From the NCBI GenBank assembly GCA_024405115.1, contig JAKSPD010000006.1, forward strand, positions 24,275-88,274: DNA of 64,000 nt, written 5' to 3'. The notes below the pieces were generated by a model. It had not been told where the DNA came from. It ran no database searches and worked only from the letters and a program-made list of their open reading frames with translations. Positions within the stretch are counted from its first letter, which is position 1. Every line of letters begins with the position of its first letter. The stretch comes from Lachnospiraceae bacterium. GTDB taxonomy: Bacteria > Bacillota > Clostridia > Lachnospirales > Lachnospiraceae. Both the position numbers and the translations under genes were made by a program. Positions 28,169 to 38,121 of this stretch are shown here, piece by piece.

Positions 28169-28260
28169 AACGCTCTGAAGTACTTTGAAAAGTTTGAAAT
28201 GCATCTGAAAAAGGGACTGCCGTATGAAACGGCGGTCCCTTTCATCGGAGAAGGCAGCAG

Positions 28261-28536
28261 GATAGTGGGACATTTTCCAAAAAGGCTTAATGTCCCATTA
28301 CAAATAGTGGGACATTAAAGAATATTGTTTTCTGTCCCACTATATGACGGCCTGTTTTTCGCTGTTTTTCCTTTAAAAATAGTGGGACATATTACGAAAG
28401 AAGAAAATGTCCCACTATAAATACACTAAAAACAGGTTAAATTTGACCGCTTGATAGTGGGACATTTGAAGAAAACGGCGGAAGTCCCATTACAAGTAGT
28501 GGGACTATCGTGAAAAGAGTAAAATGTCCCACTACA
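28261..28536. repeat. Structured intergenic repeat element, copy 2 (same architecture as 7142-7422)
   Basis: Half-sites at 28263 (R), 28333 (L), 28380 (R), 28407 (L), 28455 (R), 28524 (L). Full palindromes ATGTCCCATTACAAATAGTGGGACAT at 28290-28315 and AAGTCCCATTACAAGTAGTGGGACTA at 28482-28507, 192 bp apart. Confidence 0.8.
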
Positions 28537-28690
28537 GGATGCAGTGGCATCGTTCTCATCTGCAGCGCTTTGATCCGGTGTTATCCGATAAAAAAGTCGA
28601 TAAAAAAGGCGCATGACAGCATACAGACATGACTGTGCTTTTTCTTTTATCTGAGGTATACTTATCGGAAAGATGAAAGGAGAAATGTCT

Positions 28691-29881
28691 ATGAAAGCAA
28701 TAATCAATGCAAAGCTTTGTTTCCCGGAGGAGATCCGGGAGGGAAGTATTTTAATAGAAGGCAGGAAGATCATTGCTGCCGGCAATGTTGAAATTCCGGA
28801 AGGAACGGAGATCATTGATGCCAAAAGCCTTTATGCCGGCCCCGGTCTTGTGGACGAACATGTGCATGGATATCAGCAGTGCGGACGTTTTGAAAATATA
28901 ATTGATAACCCGTTGGGCGTTGCGGAAAACCACCTTTATCACGGTACTACTTCGATCACTCCTAGTGCGGGATATACCAATACATTGGAACAGTATCTTT
29001 TTATGATAGGAGAATGCAGAAAGGGTGTCGACGATGAAAACTCATCGATCGTCGGAATGCACTTTGAGGGCCCCTTTGTCAGCAGTAAGTTCGGTGCCCA
29101 TTCGGAGCTTGCGACTCCTTATTCCAGAGAGTATTGTGAAAAGATCTTTGAGGCGGCGAAGGGGATGACCGTTCACTCCACCTATGCTCCCGAGATCCCC
29201 GCTGCTCCGGAATATGAACGGATTCTTACCGAAAACGGCATTATTCATGATATAGGTCATACCGGTGCCGGCCCGGCGGACATTGAGAGAGCGGTCGCAA
29301 ACGGAGCCCGGATCGTTACGCATCTTTATGATGCCATGGGCAACTACCGCGGTGTGGAAGCAGCCTCCTTTGTGACGGGTGATCCGCAGGACTGCGTATC
29401 CGACATTGTTCTGGGAACACCGGGTCTTTATTATGAGCTCATCTGCGATTCCATCGGAGCGCATGTGACGAAATATTCCATCCGGAAAGCATATCGCGCC
29501 GCCGGAGAGGATTATATTATACTGATCACCGACTCCACTGCGCATAAGGACATTCCGGTGACGGAAGAAGCCAGAAAAACCGTATTTGATCAATTTGGGG
29601 TTTACGAGGTCGACGATCTGAATTTTAATGATCTCGGAGAGCTTTCCGGAAGTCGCCTGACACTGGATAAGGGCTGCCGCAACTTCATGAAAGCCACCGG
29701 CTGTGATGTGAGGGTGGCCTTTAAGTGCGCAGCAACAAACCCTGCGAAGGCACTTTACTTAAATGACAGGATCGGCTCCATTGAAGCCGGGCATGATGCC
29801 GATATTCTTCTTGTCGATGATGATTTCTATGTACACCGTCTCTTCTTTAAGGGAAAAGAGATAGAAGAGATCAGGCACTGA
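28691..29881 (+). CDS. NagA-family amidohydrolase (N-acetylglucosamine-6-phosphate deacetylase-like), paralog A
   Basis: Motifs GLVDEHVHG, HFEGPF, THLYDAMG and ELICDS, as in B. subtilis-type NagA. ATG 28691 has RBS AAGGAG. About 50% identical to the paralog at 38122-39303. Confidence 0.6.
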   Translation: MKAIINAKLCFPEEIREGSILIEGRKIIAAGNVEIPEGTEIIDAKSLYAGPGLVDEHVHGYQQCGRFENIIDNPLGVAENHLYHGTTSITPSAGYTNTLEQYLFMIGECRKGVDDENSSIVGMHFEGPFVSSKFGAHSELATPYSREYCEKIFEAAKGMTVHSTYAPEIPAAPEYERILTENGIIHDIGHTGAGPADIERAVANGARIVTHLYDAMGNYRGVEAASFVTGDPQDCVSDIVLGTPGLYYELICDSIGAHVTKYSIRKAYRAAGEDYIILITDSTAHKDIPVTEEARKTVFDQFGVYEVDDLNFNDLGELSGSRLTLDKGCRNFMKATGCDVRVAFKCAATNPAKALYLNDRIGSIEAGHDADILLVDDDFYVHRLFFKGKEIEEIRH

Positions 29882-29997
29882 TCCGGAAATTTCGTATTTG
29901 AAGGTTTTTCCTATCAGGCCTTTGGCATCGGTCCCCGGAGCGATCCGGGGATCGGACGCTGCCTGTGGCATAACGGTTGTTTTCCAACGCTGCCGGT

Positions 29998-32139
29998 TCA
30001 CGCTTTGTTTTCGATAAACTGTGCTTTATATTCCGCAGGCGTCATGTGGTAGAACTTTTTAAAGTTCCGGTAGAAGGTGCTTACGGTTAGGCCGCATTTT
30101 TCCGCGACTTCGGCCGCTTCCAGAGTGGTGTCCCTGAGCATGGCTCCTGCATTTTTCATTCTTATCTGTGTGAGATAGTTTGCGAAGCTCATACCGGTCT
30201 CATCATTCAGTATGGTGTTGATCGTTCTTTCGGAAAGGCCGTGCATACCTGCAATGACGGTGGCATTGAGCATGGAATCGTCATAGTGAGTATTGATATA
30301 ATTGATGATCTCTCTGTTTCTCAGAAGCTTTTCGTCAGACTGAATATTTGCTTTCTGTTCAAACAGATAGTCAACAAGTACTTTCAGCGCAGTTATATTT
30401 GCTTCTCCGGAGATGCTTCTTGCGTAACGGCATTCATTAAAGAAATCCTGCGGGATCTTTACAGCGGTGGCGGCATCTTTGATTATTGTCAGCAATGTGT
30501 AGAATATCTCCTGCGCCGAGGCTGCATTTTCTCTGATCACAGCATCGGCATAGGCGGAAAGCAGTGTCTCGATCTCCCTGATATTCCAGGAGAACAGGGC
30601 GGACTGAAATTCCTTGAAGTCCGGCATGTGAGTCTGCGGCTTCATATCATTTTCTTCATTATTAAAGATAACAAAACAGTTAGCTCCTTCCGGAAGGCTG
30701 AACAATGCCTGCTGAACAGCATCGGCGACACTGTCGATACCGTTAAAGGGTGCACTTACGCCGCATATAATGCGGCTTTTTTCTTCAAGCTCATTGTTGA
30801 TTCCGTCTATATATCCTTTCAGCGTAAATACCGCATCTTCATTGGAAGGAAGCACGATTCCTATCTCCTGACGGTTAAGCGGCTCGATAATAAAGCTGCC
30901 GGGCATGTTATGCTTGAGCTGATAAAGCATCATGCTCTGATATTCACTTTTATCCGGTGCGTTTTTATATCTTGCGACCGCGATTCTGGCACTTTCTGAA
31001 AAAAGCTCCGTATTGGAAGAAAGGTAGCTGAAGTCATCTTCTGTAAGAGGAATTCCGGAAAAGGCTTTTACCAGAAGATTTGATACGATCTTATCCTTCA
31101 TGCTCTTATTCTGTTCTTTTGATTCCGAAAGATAGTTATAAATCGTCACAAGCTCGTTGGAGGACTGCTTTTCCTTCGGTATCTGCTGTGCCTTGATCAG
31201 ATCCTGCACCGGCTGTACATTGATCTGTGAAAAGATCATACAGAGGAAGAGTGCCAGGGCGAGACTGAGCAGGAGCAGAACGTAAACATTTCTCTGTGCT
31301 TCCCTTGTGACGCTCTCAAAGTAGGATTTGGGAATGCTGATGGAAGCCGAAGCGTTAATAACAGGAATGTCGGCGGTCATGGAAACAAATCTGCCGCCGC
31401 TGTTTCCGTTCTTTGTACCGGGTTCTTCGGGAGCTGCTCCGTATTCGGCGAGGACACGGCCGTCGCTGCTGTTGTAAAGTCTGAAATAGATGCTGTCCGG
31501 AAGTGAATCCAGCTGAAAATAATCAAGAAGTCTGTTTTTTTCGATAAGGACAATATATGTGCAGACATCGGCCGATTCCTTAAGTGCACAGGTAAAAAAC
31601 TCACAGCCGGTACGCTCTCTGATATAGATCTCGCTGCAGGGGAACATTTCAAGACTGTGGTTTCTGGCTTCTTTTTTCAGGACTTCAGCCGGAATGTCTC
31701 TGTTCGTGTATTTATAGGAAGAAAGACATTCGCCGCTGGTCATATAGAAGGTGTACGGAGTTACGCAGATGTCGGATTTTCGCATATGAATGATGATATC
31801 AAACGCCGGATTGAAGTATTCCAGCTGATCCGACAGATCATTCATGGTGGAGGTGACAAAACGTGAATGCTCCGCAGTGTTGATACCGGTGAGGTAGGAA
31901 AGATCATGGAAGGTTCTGGAAACATTCATGATCTTCGGCAGATAGTAAAAGCTGTAAAGATCATTGGAAAGAGCCTCCGCATTATGGAGAAGAGAGGACT
32001 GGACCTGTTCCGTATATGATTTCTGCCACAGGGCGGATGTTTTTCTGAAAGAATAGATCTGTACGCATAAAAATATCAGGGTACTTATCAGAAAAGTGAA
32101 AAAACATCTCCAGAAAAGGGACAAATTTTTTAATTTCAT
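29998..32139 (-). CDS. Membrane-anchored AraC-family transcriptional regulator with extracytoplasmic sensor domain
   Basis: 713 aa. N-terminal TM (FFTFLISTLIFLCVQI), second TM at about residue 285, and a C-terminal AraC-type HTH (…FANYLTQIRMKNAGAMLRDTTLEAAEVAEKCGLTVSTFYRNFKKFYHMTPAEYK). Confidence 0.8.
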   Translation of the reverse strand: MKLKNLSLFWRCFFTFLISTLIFLCVQIYSFRKTSALWQKSYTEQVQSSLLHNAEALSNDLYSFYYLPKIMNVSRTFHDLSYLTGINTAEHSRFVTSTMNDLSDQLEYFNPAFDIIIHMRKSDICVTPYTFYMTSGECLSSYKYTNRDIPAEVLKKEARNHSLEMFPCSEIYIRERTGCEFFTCALKESADVCTYIVLIEKNRLLDYFQLDSLPDSIYFRLYNSSDGRVLAEYGAAPEEPGTKNGNSGGRFVSMTADIPVINASASISIPKSYFESVTREAQRNVYVLLLLSLALALFLCMIFSQINVQPVQDLIKAQQIPKEKQSSNELVTIYNYLSESKEQNKSMKDKIVSNLLVKAFSGIPLTEDDFSYLSSNTELFSESARIAVARYKNAPDKSEYQSMMLYQLKHNMPGSFIIEPLNRQEIGIVLPSNEDAVFTLKGYIDGINNELEEKSRIICGVSAPFNGIDSVADAVQQALFSLPEGANCFVIFNNEENDMKPQTHMPDFKEFQSALFSWNIREIETLLSAYADAVIRENAASAQEIFYTLLTIIKDAATAVKIPQDFFNECRYARSISGEANITALKVLVDYLFEQKANIQSDEKLLRNREIINYINTHYDDSMLNATVIAGMHGLSERTINTILNDETGMSFANYLTQIRMKNAGAMLRDTTLEAAEVAEKCGLTVSTFYRNFKKFYHMTPAEYKAQFIENKA

Positions 32140-32257
32140 GGCAATATCTCCGAAAATGAACGTGCTAAGTGAAATTTATCATTTTCGGAAGAAAAAATCT
32201 ATTATAATTTCTCATATTCGGATATTAATTTGAGAAAACAAAGTTATTGCGGCAAAA

Positions 32258-32388
32258 TTCCGGATATGAAAATAACTGTTCCGAATTTGCAAATACCTTA
32301 TCTCCGCAATTACCGGTCTGTAAAATCAGCTTCCGGAATTGCAAATTACAGGCGGAATATTGAATATTGCCTGCCGGATTTGAAAACA
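32258..32388 (+). promoter_or_regulatory. Five direct repeats (TTCCGGAWTTGMAAAT-like) in the divergent AraC/peptide-ABC promoter region; candidate AraC operator
   Basis: Copies at 32258-32274, 32279-32298, 32331-32350, 32351-32371 and 32371-32388. Confidence 0.45.
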
Positions 32389-32458
32389 GTAGGATAGAAG
32401 CGTATCAAATGCATCGTGTCCGCAGAAAGCGGATACAGATAAACAAGGAGGAAAAGTA

Positions 32459-34081
32459 ATGAAAAAAGTACTTGCATTAGTTCTTGCTTCGGCTATGATT
32501 CTCAGCGTTACCGCATGCGGATCAAAGCCTGCAGAGACCAAGGCAGCTGCCGAAGCAGCTCAGACAGAAGCGGCATCTACTGCGGCTGTTATTGAGAATC
32601 AGGTAGCAACAAAGGAAGTTGCAACAGCAGCAGAAGGCGAAACTCTTAATTATAAGAAGAATATCGTCATTGCTCATCACCAGGCTCCCGTATCAAGAGG
32701 ACCCCAGGATACCAATACCGGTATGCAGAAGCTCCTTGGCTTCATGATCTTCGATTCTCTTTTAAGATTCGATCCCGAGACCAAGACTCTTGTAGGTCGT
32801 CTTGCAGAAGATTACTCACAGGAAAATAACGGACTTATATGGACCTTCCATCTTAAGAAGGGTATCAAGTTCCAGAACGGCGAAGAGCTTACCGCAGATG
32901 ACTGCGTATTCACTTTCGAGCGTGCAAAGGAGCTTGGAAAGAATACCAGTGCATGGGTAGACTGCATCGAGAAGATCGAGACTCCCGATGATTACACTGT
33001 TATCTATACCTTAAACAAGTCGAACATGGACTTCGCATTCCAGATGACCAACTACAGTGCATCCATTATCAACAGAGAAGCCTGCGAAGCTGATCCCGAA
33101 AACGGTATCGGCATCGGTACAGGCGGATGGATGATCGATGAGTTCGTAGCAAACGACTATGTATCATTCAAGAGATTTGATAATTCATGGGTATGGGAAG
33201 CTGAAGGAGTCAACCCCACAGAGACAATGACCATCAAGTACATGGCAGATCAGAACGCACGTATGCTTGGCGTTCAGGCAGGCGACCTTGATATCGGATG
33301 TATCGCCAACAACGCTGAATTCTACAACTACCAGGCTCAGGAAGGTCTTGCACCTGTAGTAGCGGCTTCCTGGTCATGCGACTACATCGGAATGAATGCA
33401 AACTGTGAGTATTTCAAGGACGAGAACGTTCGTAAGGCTGTAGCATATGCGATCAACAAGGACGAGGCTCTTGAGATCATCAACAACGGTTTCGGTCTCA
33501 CATGTAAGTCCATGTGGTGCCCCGATACCATCGGCTACAAGGAGAACTTCGAAGAGAACTACGAGTACAACCTTGAAAAGGCAAAAGAGTATCTTGCAAA
33601 GTCAGCTTATCCGAACGGCTTCTCCTGCAAGCTTACCACCATCAGCTCATATTCACTCTATGCGGAGACCGTACAGGCTCAGCTTGCTGCCATCGGAATC
33701 GACTGCCAGGTTGACCTTACAGACTCACCCGGAATGGGCGAGGGCGGAAAGAACGGTACCTTCGAGATGTATATCTGGAACACCACAATGTCACCTTACG
33801 GCGACAACCTCAGAAAGCTTATCACCTCTGACGGAGCAAGCAACTATGCTCACTTCGCTAACGAGAAGATCGACCAGCTCATGTCTGATGCAGCTGCAGA
33901 AGGCGATGAGGCTAAGAGAGCAGAGCTTTATGAGCAGGTCCAGGACGAGCTGAATGCGGACTGCTACCTTGTTCCCATGTTCTTCGGTTACCTTTCCAAC
34001 CTTACAAGAGACAATGTAGAAGGCTATCAGTTCACTTCTGAAGGTTACTACATGTACAATGTAAGAGCCGTAGAGAAGTAA
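32459..34081 (+). CDS. ABC transporter substrate-binding lipoprotein, family 5 (oligopeptide/dipeptide/nickel type)
   Basis: 540 aa. Lipobox LSVTACGS. SBP_bac_5 architecture. Confidence 0.85.
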   Translation: MKKVLALVLASAMILSVTACGSKPAETKAAAEAAQTEAASTAAVIENQVATKEVATAAEGETLNYKKNIVIAHHQAPVSRGPQDTNTGMQKLLGFMIFDSLLRFDPETKTLVGRLAEDYSQENNGLIWTFHLKKGIKFQNGEELTADDCVFTFERAKELGKNTSAWVDCIEKIETPDDYTVIYTLNKSNMDFAFQMTNYSASIINREACEADPENGIGIGTGGWMIDEFVANDYVSFKRFDNSWVWEAEGVNPTETMTIKYMADQNARMLGVQAGDLDIGCIANNAEFYNYQAQEGLAPVVAASWSCDYIGMNANCEYFKDENVRKAVAYAINKDEALEIINNGFGLTCKSMWCPDTIGYKENFEENYEYNLEKAKEYLAKSAYPNGFSCKLTTISSYSLYAETVQAQLAAIGIDCQVDLTDSPGMGEGGKNGTFEMYIWNTTMSPYGDNLRKLITSDGASNYAHFANEKIDQLMSDAAAEGDEAKRAELYEQVQDELNADCYLVPMFFGYLSNLTRDNVEGYQFTSEGYYMYNVRAVEK

Positions 34082-34169
34082 TTCCTTTAAAGCAGGCGGC
34101 GCCTTACGCCCTGTGAGGCGCCGCTTTTCTTATATCCACCTGTCAATCATTCAAATACGGGGAGTATGT

Positions 34170-35120
34170 ATGTGGCGTTATATCGTTAAGAGAATACTGA
34201 TGCTGATACCGGTAGTAATCGGTGCTTCGCTTCTGGTATTCTGTGTTATGAACCTGTCAAAGGGCGACGTTGTATCGGTTATTACAGCGGGTGCCGACAT
34301 GACAAACGAACAGATCGAAGCCGTTCGTGAGGCAATGGGCCTGAACAGGCCGCTGCTTGTCCGCTACGGCGAGTATTTATTTGGAATGTTACGGGGTGAT
34401 TTCGGAAAGAGTGCGATTTCCAATGAACCCGTTTTGAAATTATTCTTTACGCGTTTTCCCGCAACCGTAAAGCTTGCAATCGCTTCATCGATAGTGAATA
34501 TCGTGCTCTCGATCCCGCTTGGTATCTTTTCTGCCAGACATCAGGGCTCGGTTGCGGATAATGCAGCCATGGTATTTGCCCTTATGGGACTTTCGATGCC
34601 TGCTTTCTGGCTTGGACTCATGCTCATGGTCCTTTTCTGCGTGAATCTTCAGTGGCTCCCGGCTACAGGCGGAGGAACCGATTTCAAGTCGATCATCCTT
34701 CCCGCAGTAACAATGGGTATCGGAATGATGGCGACGACCACACGAACCACACGTTCTGCCATGCTTGACGTGCTTCGTCAGGATTATCTGAGAACCGCAA
34801 GAGCAAAGGGTGTTCCCGAGAAAAAGGTCATCAATCTTCATGCGCTCAAAAATGCCATGATCCCGATCCTGACAACAGTAGGTACACAGCTTGCAAAGGC
34901 ATTCGGAGGCGGAGCCGTGATCGAAATGGTATTCGCATATCCCGGAGTGGGAAAGCTTCTTCTTGATGCGATCAATAACCGTGATACGACACTTGCCTGC
35001 GGCTGTATCGTACTTCAGACAACGATTACGGTAGTCGTACTTCTTATCGTCGATATCCTTTATGCGTTCGTTGACCCGAGAGTAAAGGCTCAGTATGCGA
35101 AGGGAGGTAAGAAGAAATAA
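34170..35120 (+). CDS. ABC transporter permease (DppB/OppB-like)
   Basis: Start at ATG 34170 (RBS GGGGAG). BPD_transp_1 EAA-loop region RTARAKGVPEKKVINLHALKNAMIP. Confidence 0.85.
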   Translation: MWRYIVKRILMLIPVVIGASLLVFCVMNLSKGDVVSVITAGADMTNEQIEAVREAMGLNRPLLVRYGEYLFGMLRGDFGKSAISNEPVLKLFFTRFPATVKLAIASSIVNIVLSIPLGIFSARHQGSVADNAAMVFALMGLSMPAFWLGLMLMVLFCVNLQWLPATGGGTDFKSIILPAVTMGIGMMATTTRTTRSAMLDVLRQDYLRTARAKGVPEKKVINLHALKNAMIPILTTVGTQLAKAFGGGAVIEMVFAYPGVGKLLLDAINNRDTTLACGCIVLQTTITVVVLLIVDILYAFVDPRVKAQYAKGGKKK

Positions 35121-36007
35121 TGGCTAAGAAAAATGAAGTAAAATCGGAAAAGGTCGTTATCCGCTCGCAGGGACGTGAGATCTGGAGACGTCTTACCAAA
35201 AACAAAGGTGCCATGATCGGACTTGCTATCATAATTCTTCTTACGATCCTTGCGTGCACCGTAGATCTTTTTATCGATTACGATACGCAGATCGCAGCCA
35301 TTGATGCAAAGCACCGTTTTGTCGATCCCTGTGCGGAGTTTCCGTTCGGAACCGATAACATGGGACGAAACCTTTTCATCCGTGTGATCTACGGAACAAA
35401 GTATTCGCTCTTCATAGGTGTCATGGGTACCGTATTTGCCTGCGTTGTGGGCATCACACTGGGTCTGCTTGCCGGTTATTACGGAAGCCCCGTGGATGAC
35501 GTGATCATGAGGATCATCGATATCATCCAGGCCATCCCCGCTGTCATGATGGGTATCGTTATTGTTTCGGCACTGGGTGCCAGCATGACCAACCTGATCA
35601 TTGCCATCGGAATCGCCGGTGTCCCGTACCTTACGCGAATCACAAGAGCAGCGGTTCTGACGGTAAAGAACCAGGAATATATCGAGGCGGCAAAGGCAGT
35701 AGGGTTAAGTGAAGCAGCTATTATGGTAAAGCATATCCTTCCCAACTGCGTTTCGCCCATTCTGGTAGCTGCAACGATGCAGGTGGCTCAGGTTATCCTT
35801 GCCGCTTCATCACTGAGCTTCCTGGGACTGGGTGTTCCGGTTCCAAGCCCGGAGTGGGGCTCGCTTCTTTCCGCAGGACGTGCCTATATCGCCAGCCATG
35901 CATACCTTTGCCTGTATCCCGGAATCGCGATCGTGATCACGGTACTTGCATTCAACCTTTTCGGAGACGGATTCAGAGATGCTCTTGATCCGAAGCTTCG
36001 TAAATAA
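35120..36007 (+). CDS. ABC transporter permease (DppC/OppC-like)
   Basis: 295 aa. N-terminal OppC_N-like region plus a 6-TM permease core. Start overlaps the upstream stop. Confidence 0.85.
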   Translation: MAKKNEVKSEKVVIRSQGREIWRRLTKNKGAMIGLAIIILLTILACTVDLFIDYDTQIAAIDAKHRFVDPCAEFPFGTDNMGRNLFIRVIYGTKYSLFIGVMGTVFACVVGITLGLLAGYYGSPVDDVIMRIIDIIQAIPAVMMGIVIVSALGASMTNLIIAIGIAGVPYLTRITRAAVLTVKNQEYIEAAKAVGLSEAAIMVKHILPNCVSPILVAATMQVAQVILAASSLSFLGLGVPVPSPEWGSLLSAGRAYIASHAYLCLYPGIAIVITVLAFNLFGDGFRDALDPKLRK

Positions 36008-36021
36008 CGGGAGGGAAAGCG

Positions 36022-37029
36022 ATGGAAACAAAGAATACAGTTCTTGATATAGAAAATCTTTCCGTTGAATTCCATGTGGACGGAGAGATCGCAAAATCGG
36101 TCACGGATGTGACAATAAAGCTTCATGAAGGCACTACACTCGGCCTTGTGGGAGAGACCGGTGCCGGAAAGACAACGACGGCACTTGCGGCACTGAATCT
36201 GATCCAGTGTCCTCCCGGAGTTATTAAAGCGGATAAGATAGAAGTATGCGGAAATGACATGCTTCATGCAAAGCAGCATGAGCTCGAGAAGATCCGCGGA
36301 AAAGACATTTCCATGATCTTCCAGGATCCCATGACCAGCCTTAACCCCGTATTTGATGTGGGAACCCAGATTCAGGAATCCATTCTTCTTCACGAAAAGT
36401 TAAGCCGTGAAGAGGCCTGGGAGAAGGCAATGCAGATGCTTGAGCTTGTTGGGATCCCGAGAGAAAGAGGACATGAGTATCCCCACCAGTTCTCCGGCGG
36501 AATGAAGCAGAGAGTTGTCATTGCCATTTCTCTTGCATGTACTCCCAAGGTGCTTATCGCCGATGAGCCCACAACGGCACTTGACGTTACCATTCAGGCA
36601 CAGGTTCTTGAGATGATGAAGGAACTCCGTGACAAGTACGGAACGGCAATGATCATGATTACGCATGACCTTGGAATCGTAGCGGAAAGCTGTGACTATG
36701 TTGCAGTAATGTATGCCGGCAGGATCATTGAATACGGCACACTTGACGAGATCTTCAACAACACGCGCCATCCGTATACAGAGGGACTCTTCAACTCACT
36801 TCCGAACATCCATAACCGTGTCGGAAAGCTTAAGCCCATCCCGGGAATGATGCCTGACCCGAGGTCAATCCCCGAAGGATGCGCATTTGCAGACAGGTGT
36901 CCTTACGCTACAGATGAGTGCAGAAGGACACTTCCGGAAACATTAAAGGTTAACGATGACCACGTGGTTGCATGTCTTCGTTACAATGAGCCTGATTTCA
37001 TGATTGAAAGGAGCAGGAAAAATGGGTGA
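36022..37029 (+). CDS. ABC transporter ATP-binding protein (DppD/OppD-like)
   Basis: Walker A GETGAGKTT, signature FSGGMKQR, Walker B LIADEPTTALD, and a C-terminal oligopeptide-ABC C-domain with CxxC motifs. Confidence 0.9.
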   Translation: METKNTVLDIENLSVEFHVDGEIAKSVTDVTIKLHEGTTLGLVGETGAGKTTTALAALNLIQCPPGVIKADKIEVCGNDMLHAKQHELEKIRGKDISMIFQDPMTSLNPVFDVGTQIQESILLHEKLSREEAWEKAMQMLELVGIPRERGHEYPHQFSGGMKQRVVIAISLACTPKVLIADEPTTALDVTIQAQVLEMMKELRDKYGTAMIMITHDLGIVAESCDYVAVMYAGRIIEYGTLDEIFNNTRHPYTEGLFNSLPNIHNRVGKLKPIPGMMPDPRSIPEGCAFADRCPYATDECRRTLPETLKVNDDHVVACLRYNEPDFMIERSRKNG

Positions 37030-37984
37030 GGTTTTACTTGAGGTAAAAAATCTGCAGAAGTATTTCTCCACACCCCGTGGAATGCTCCATGCTGTAGATA
37101 ACGTTTCATTTACAATTGAAAAAGGAAAGACACTTGGCGTGGTTGGTGAGTCAGGCTGTGGAAAGACCACATGTGGACGTACCATCCTCCGTCTTACCGA
37201 GCCCACAGGGGGACAGGTTCTCTTTGAGGGTAAGGACGTTTCAAAGTATAAGGGAAGGGAGCTTGCACACTTAAGACGTGACATGCAGATCATCTTCCAG
37301 GATCCGTTCTCATCACTGGATCCCAGAATGTCCGTCAGCCAGATCATCGCTGAGCCCATCAAGTACAATAAGCTCCTTCATGGTAAGGAGGCCATTGACG
37401 CAAGGGTACTTGAACTTATGGACACAGTTGGCCTTTCAAGGAGAATGGTTAACTCATATCCCCATGAACTGGACGGCGGAAGAAGACAGAGAGTCGGAAT
37501 CGCAAGGGCGCTTGCACTTAACCCGAAGTTCATCGTATGTGACGAGCCCGTTTCCGCACTTGATGTTTCCATCCAGGCGCAGATCCTTAACCTTCTTGAC
37601 GAGCTCCAGGATTCACTGGGACTTACATACATGTTCATTACACATGACCTTGCAGTAGTTAATCACTTTGCTGACGACATTGCGGTCATGTACCTTGGAC
37701 AGCTTGTAGAGAAGGCACCAGCAGAGGAGCTCTTTGACAACCCGCTTCATCCTTACACGAAGGCCCTTCTTTCTGCAATCCCTGTACCGGATACGCATGC
37801 GAAGAACAAGAGGATCGTGCTGAAGGGTGAGATCACTTCCCCCATCAACCCCGGAGAGGAGTGCCGTTTCGCAAAGAGATGTCTTTATGCGGATGACTGC
37901 TGTAAGGGAAAAGGCCCCGAGCTTGTTGAGGTCAAGCCCGGACACTTTGTAGCCTGCCATCACTGCGGCATTGCAAATCAGTAA
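37022..37984 (+). CDS. ABC transporter ATP-binding protein (DppF/OppF-like)
   Basis: Start at ATG 37022 (RBS GGAGCAGGAAAA). Walker A GESGCGKTT, signature LDGGRRQR, Walker B IVCDEPVSALD. Confidence 0.9.
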   Translation: MGEVLLEVKNLQKYFSTPRGMLHAVDNVSFTIEKGKTLGVVGESGCGKTTCGRTILRLTEPTGGQVLFEGKDVSKYKGRELAHLRRDMQIIFQDPFSSLDPRMSVSQIIAEPIKYNKLLHGKEAIDARVLELMDTVGLSRRMVNSYPHELDGGRRQRVGIARALALNPKFIVCDEPVSALDVSIQAQILNLLDELQDSLGLTYMFITHDLAVVNHFADDIAVMYLGQLVEKAPAEELFDNPLHPYTKALLSAIPVPDTHAKNKRIVLKGEITSPINPGEECRFAKRCLYADDCCKGKGPELVEVKPGHFVACHHCGIANQ

Positions 37985-38121
37985 ACCGGATAGAATCAAA
38001 CAATGACGAATCGCCTGATTTCTTCTTCACGTGTTTCAGAGGGATCTGAATTTCGGGAGAGGGCTCAGGCGGTTTTGCACAGGTTCCAATAAGTGAGAAA
38101 ACATAAGGAGTATCGTTTGAC

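Noticed and set aside
33447-33953. 168-aa plus-strand ORF in an alternative frame inside the family-5 SBP gene. Many similar antisense or alternative-frame ORFs were also noticed (for example 10678-10878, 34485-34841, 49693-49962, 54571-54858).
   Set aside because: They lie entirely within strongly supported genes, have biased Ser/Arg/Thr-rich low-complexity translations, and lack RBSs. They are typical spurious ORFs.
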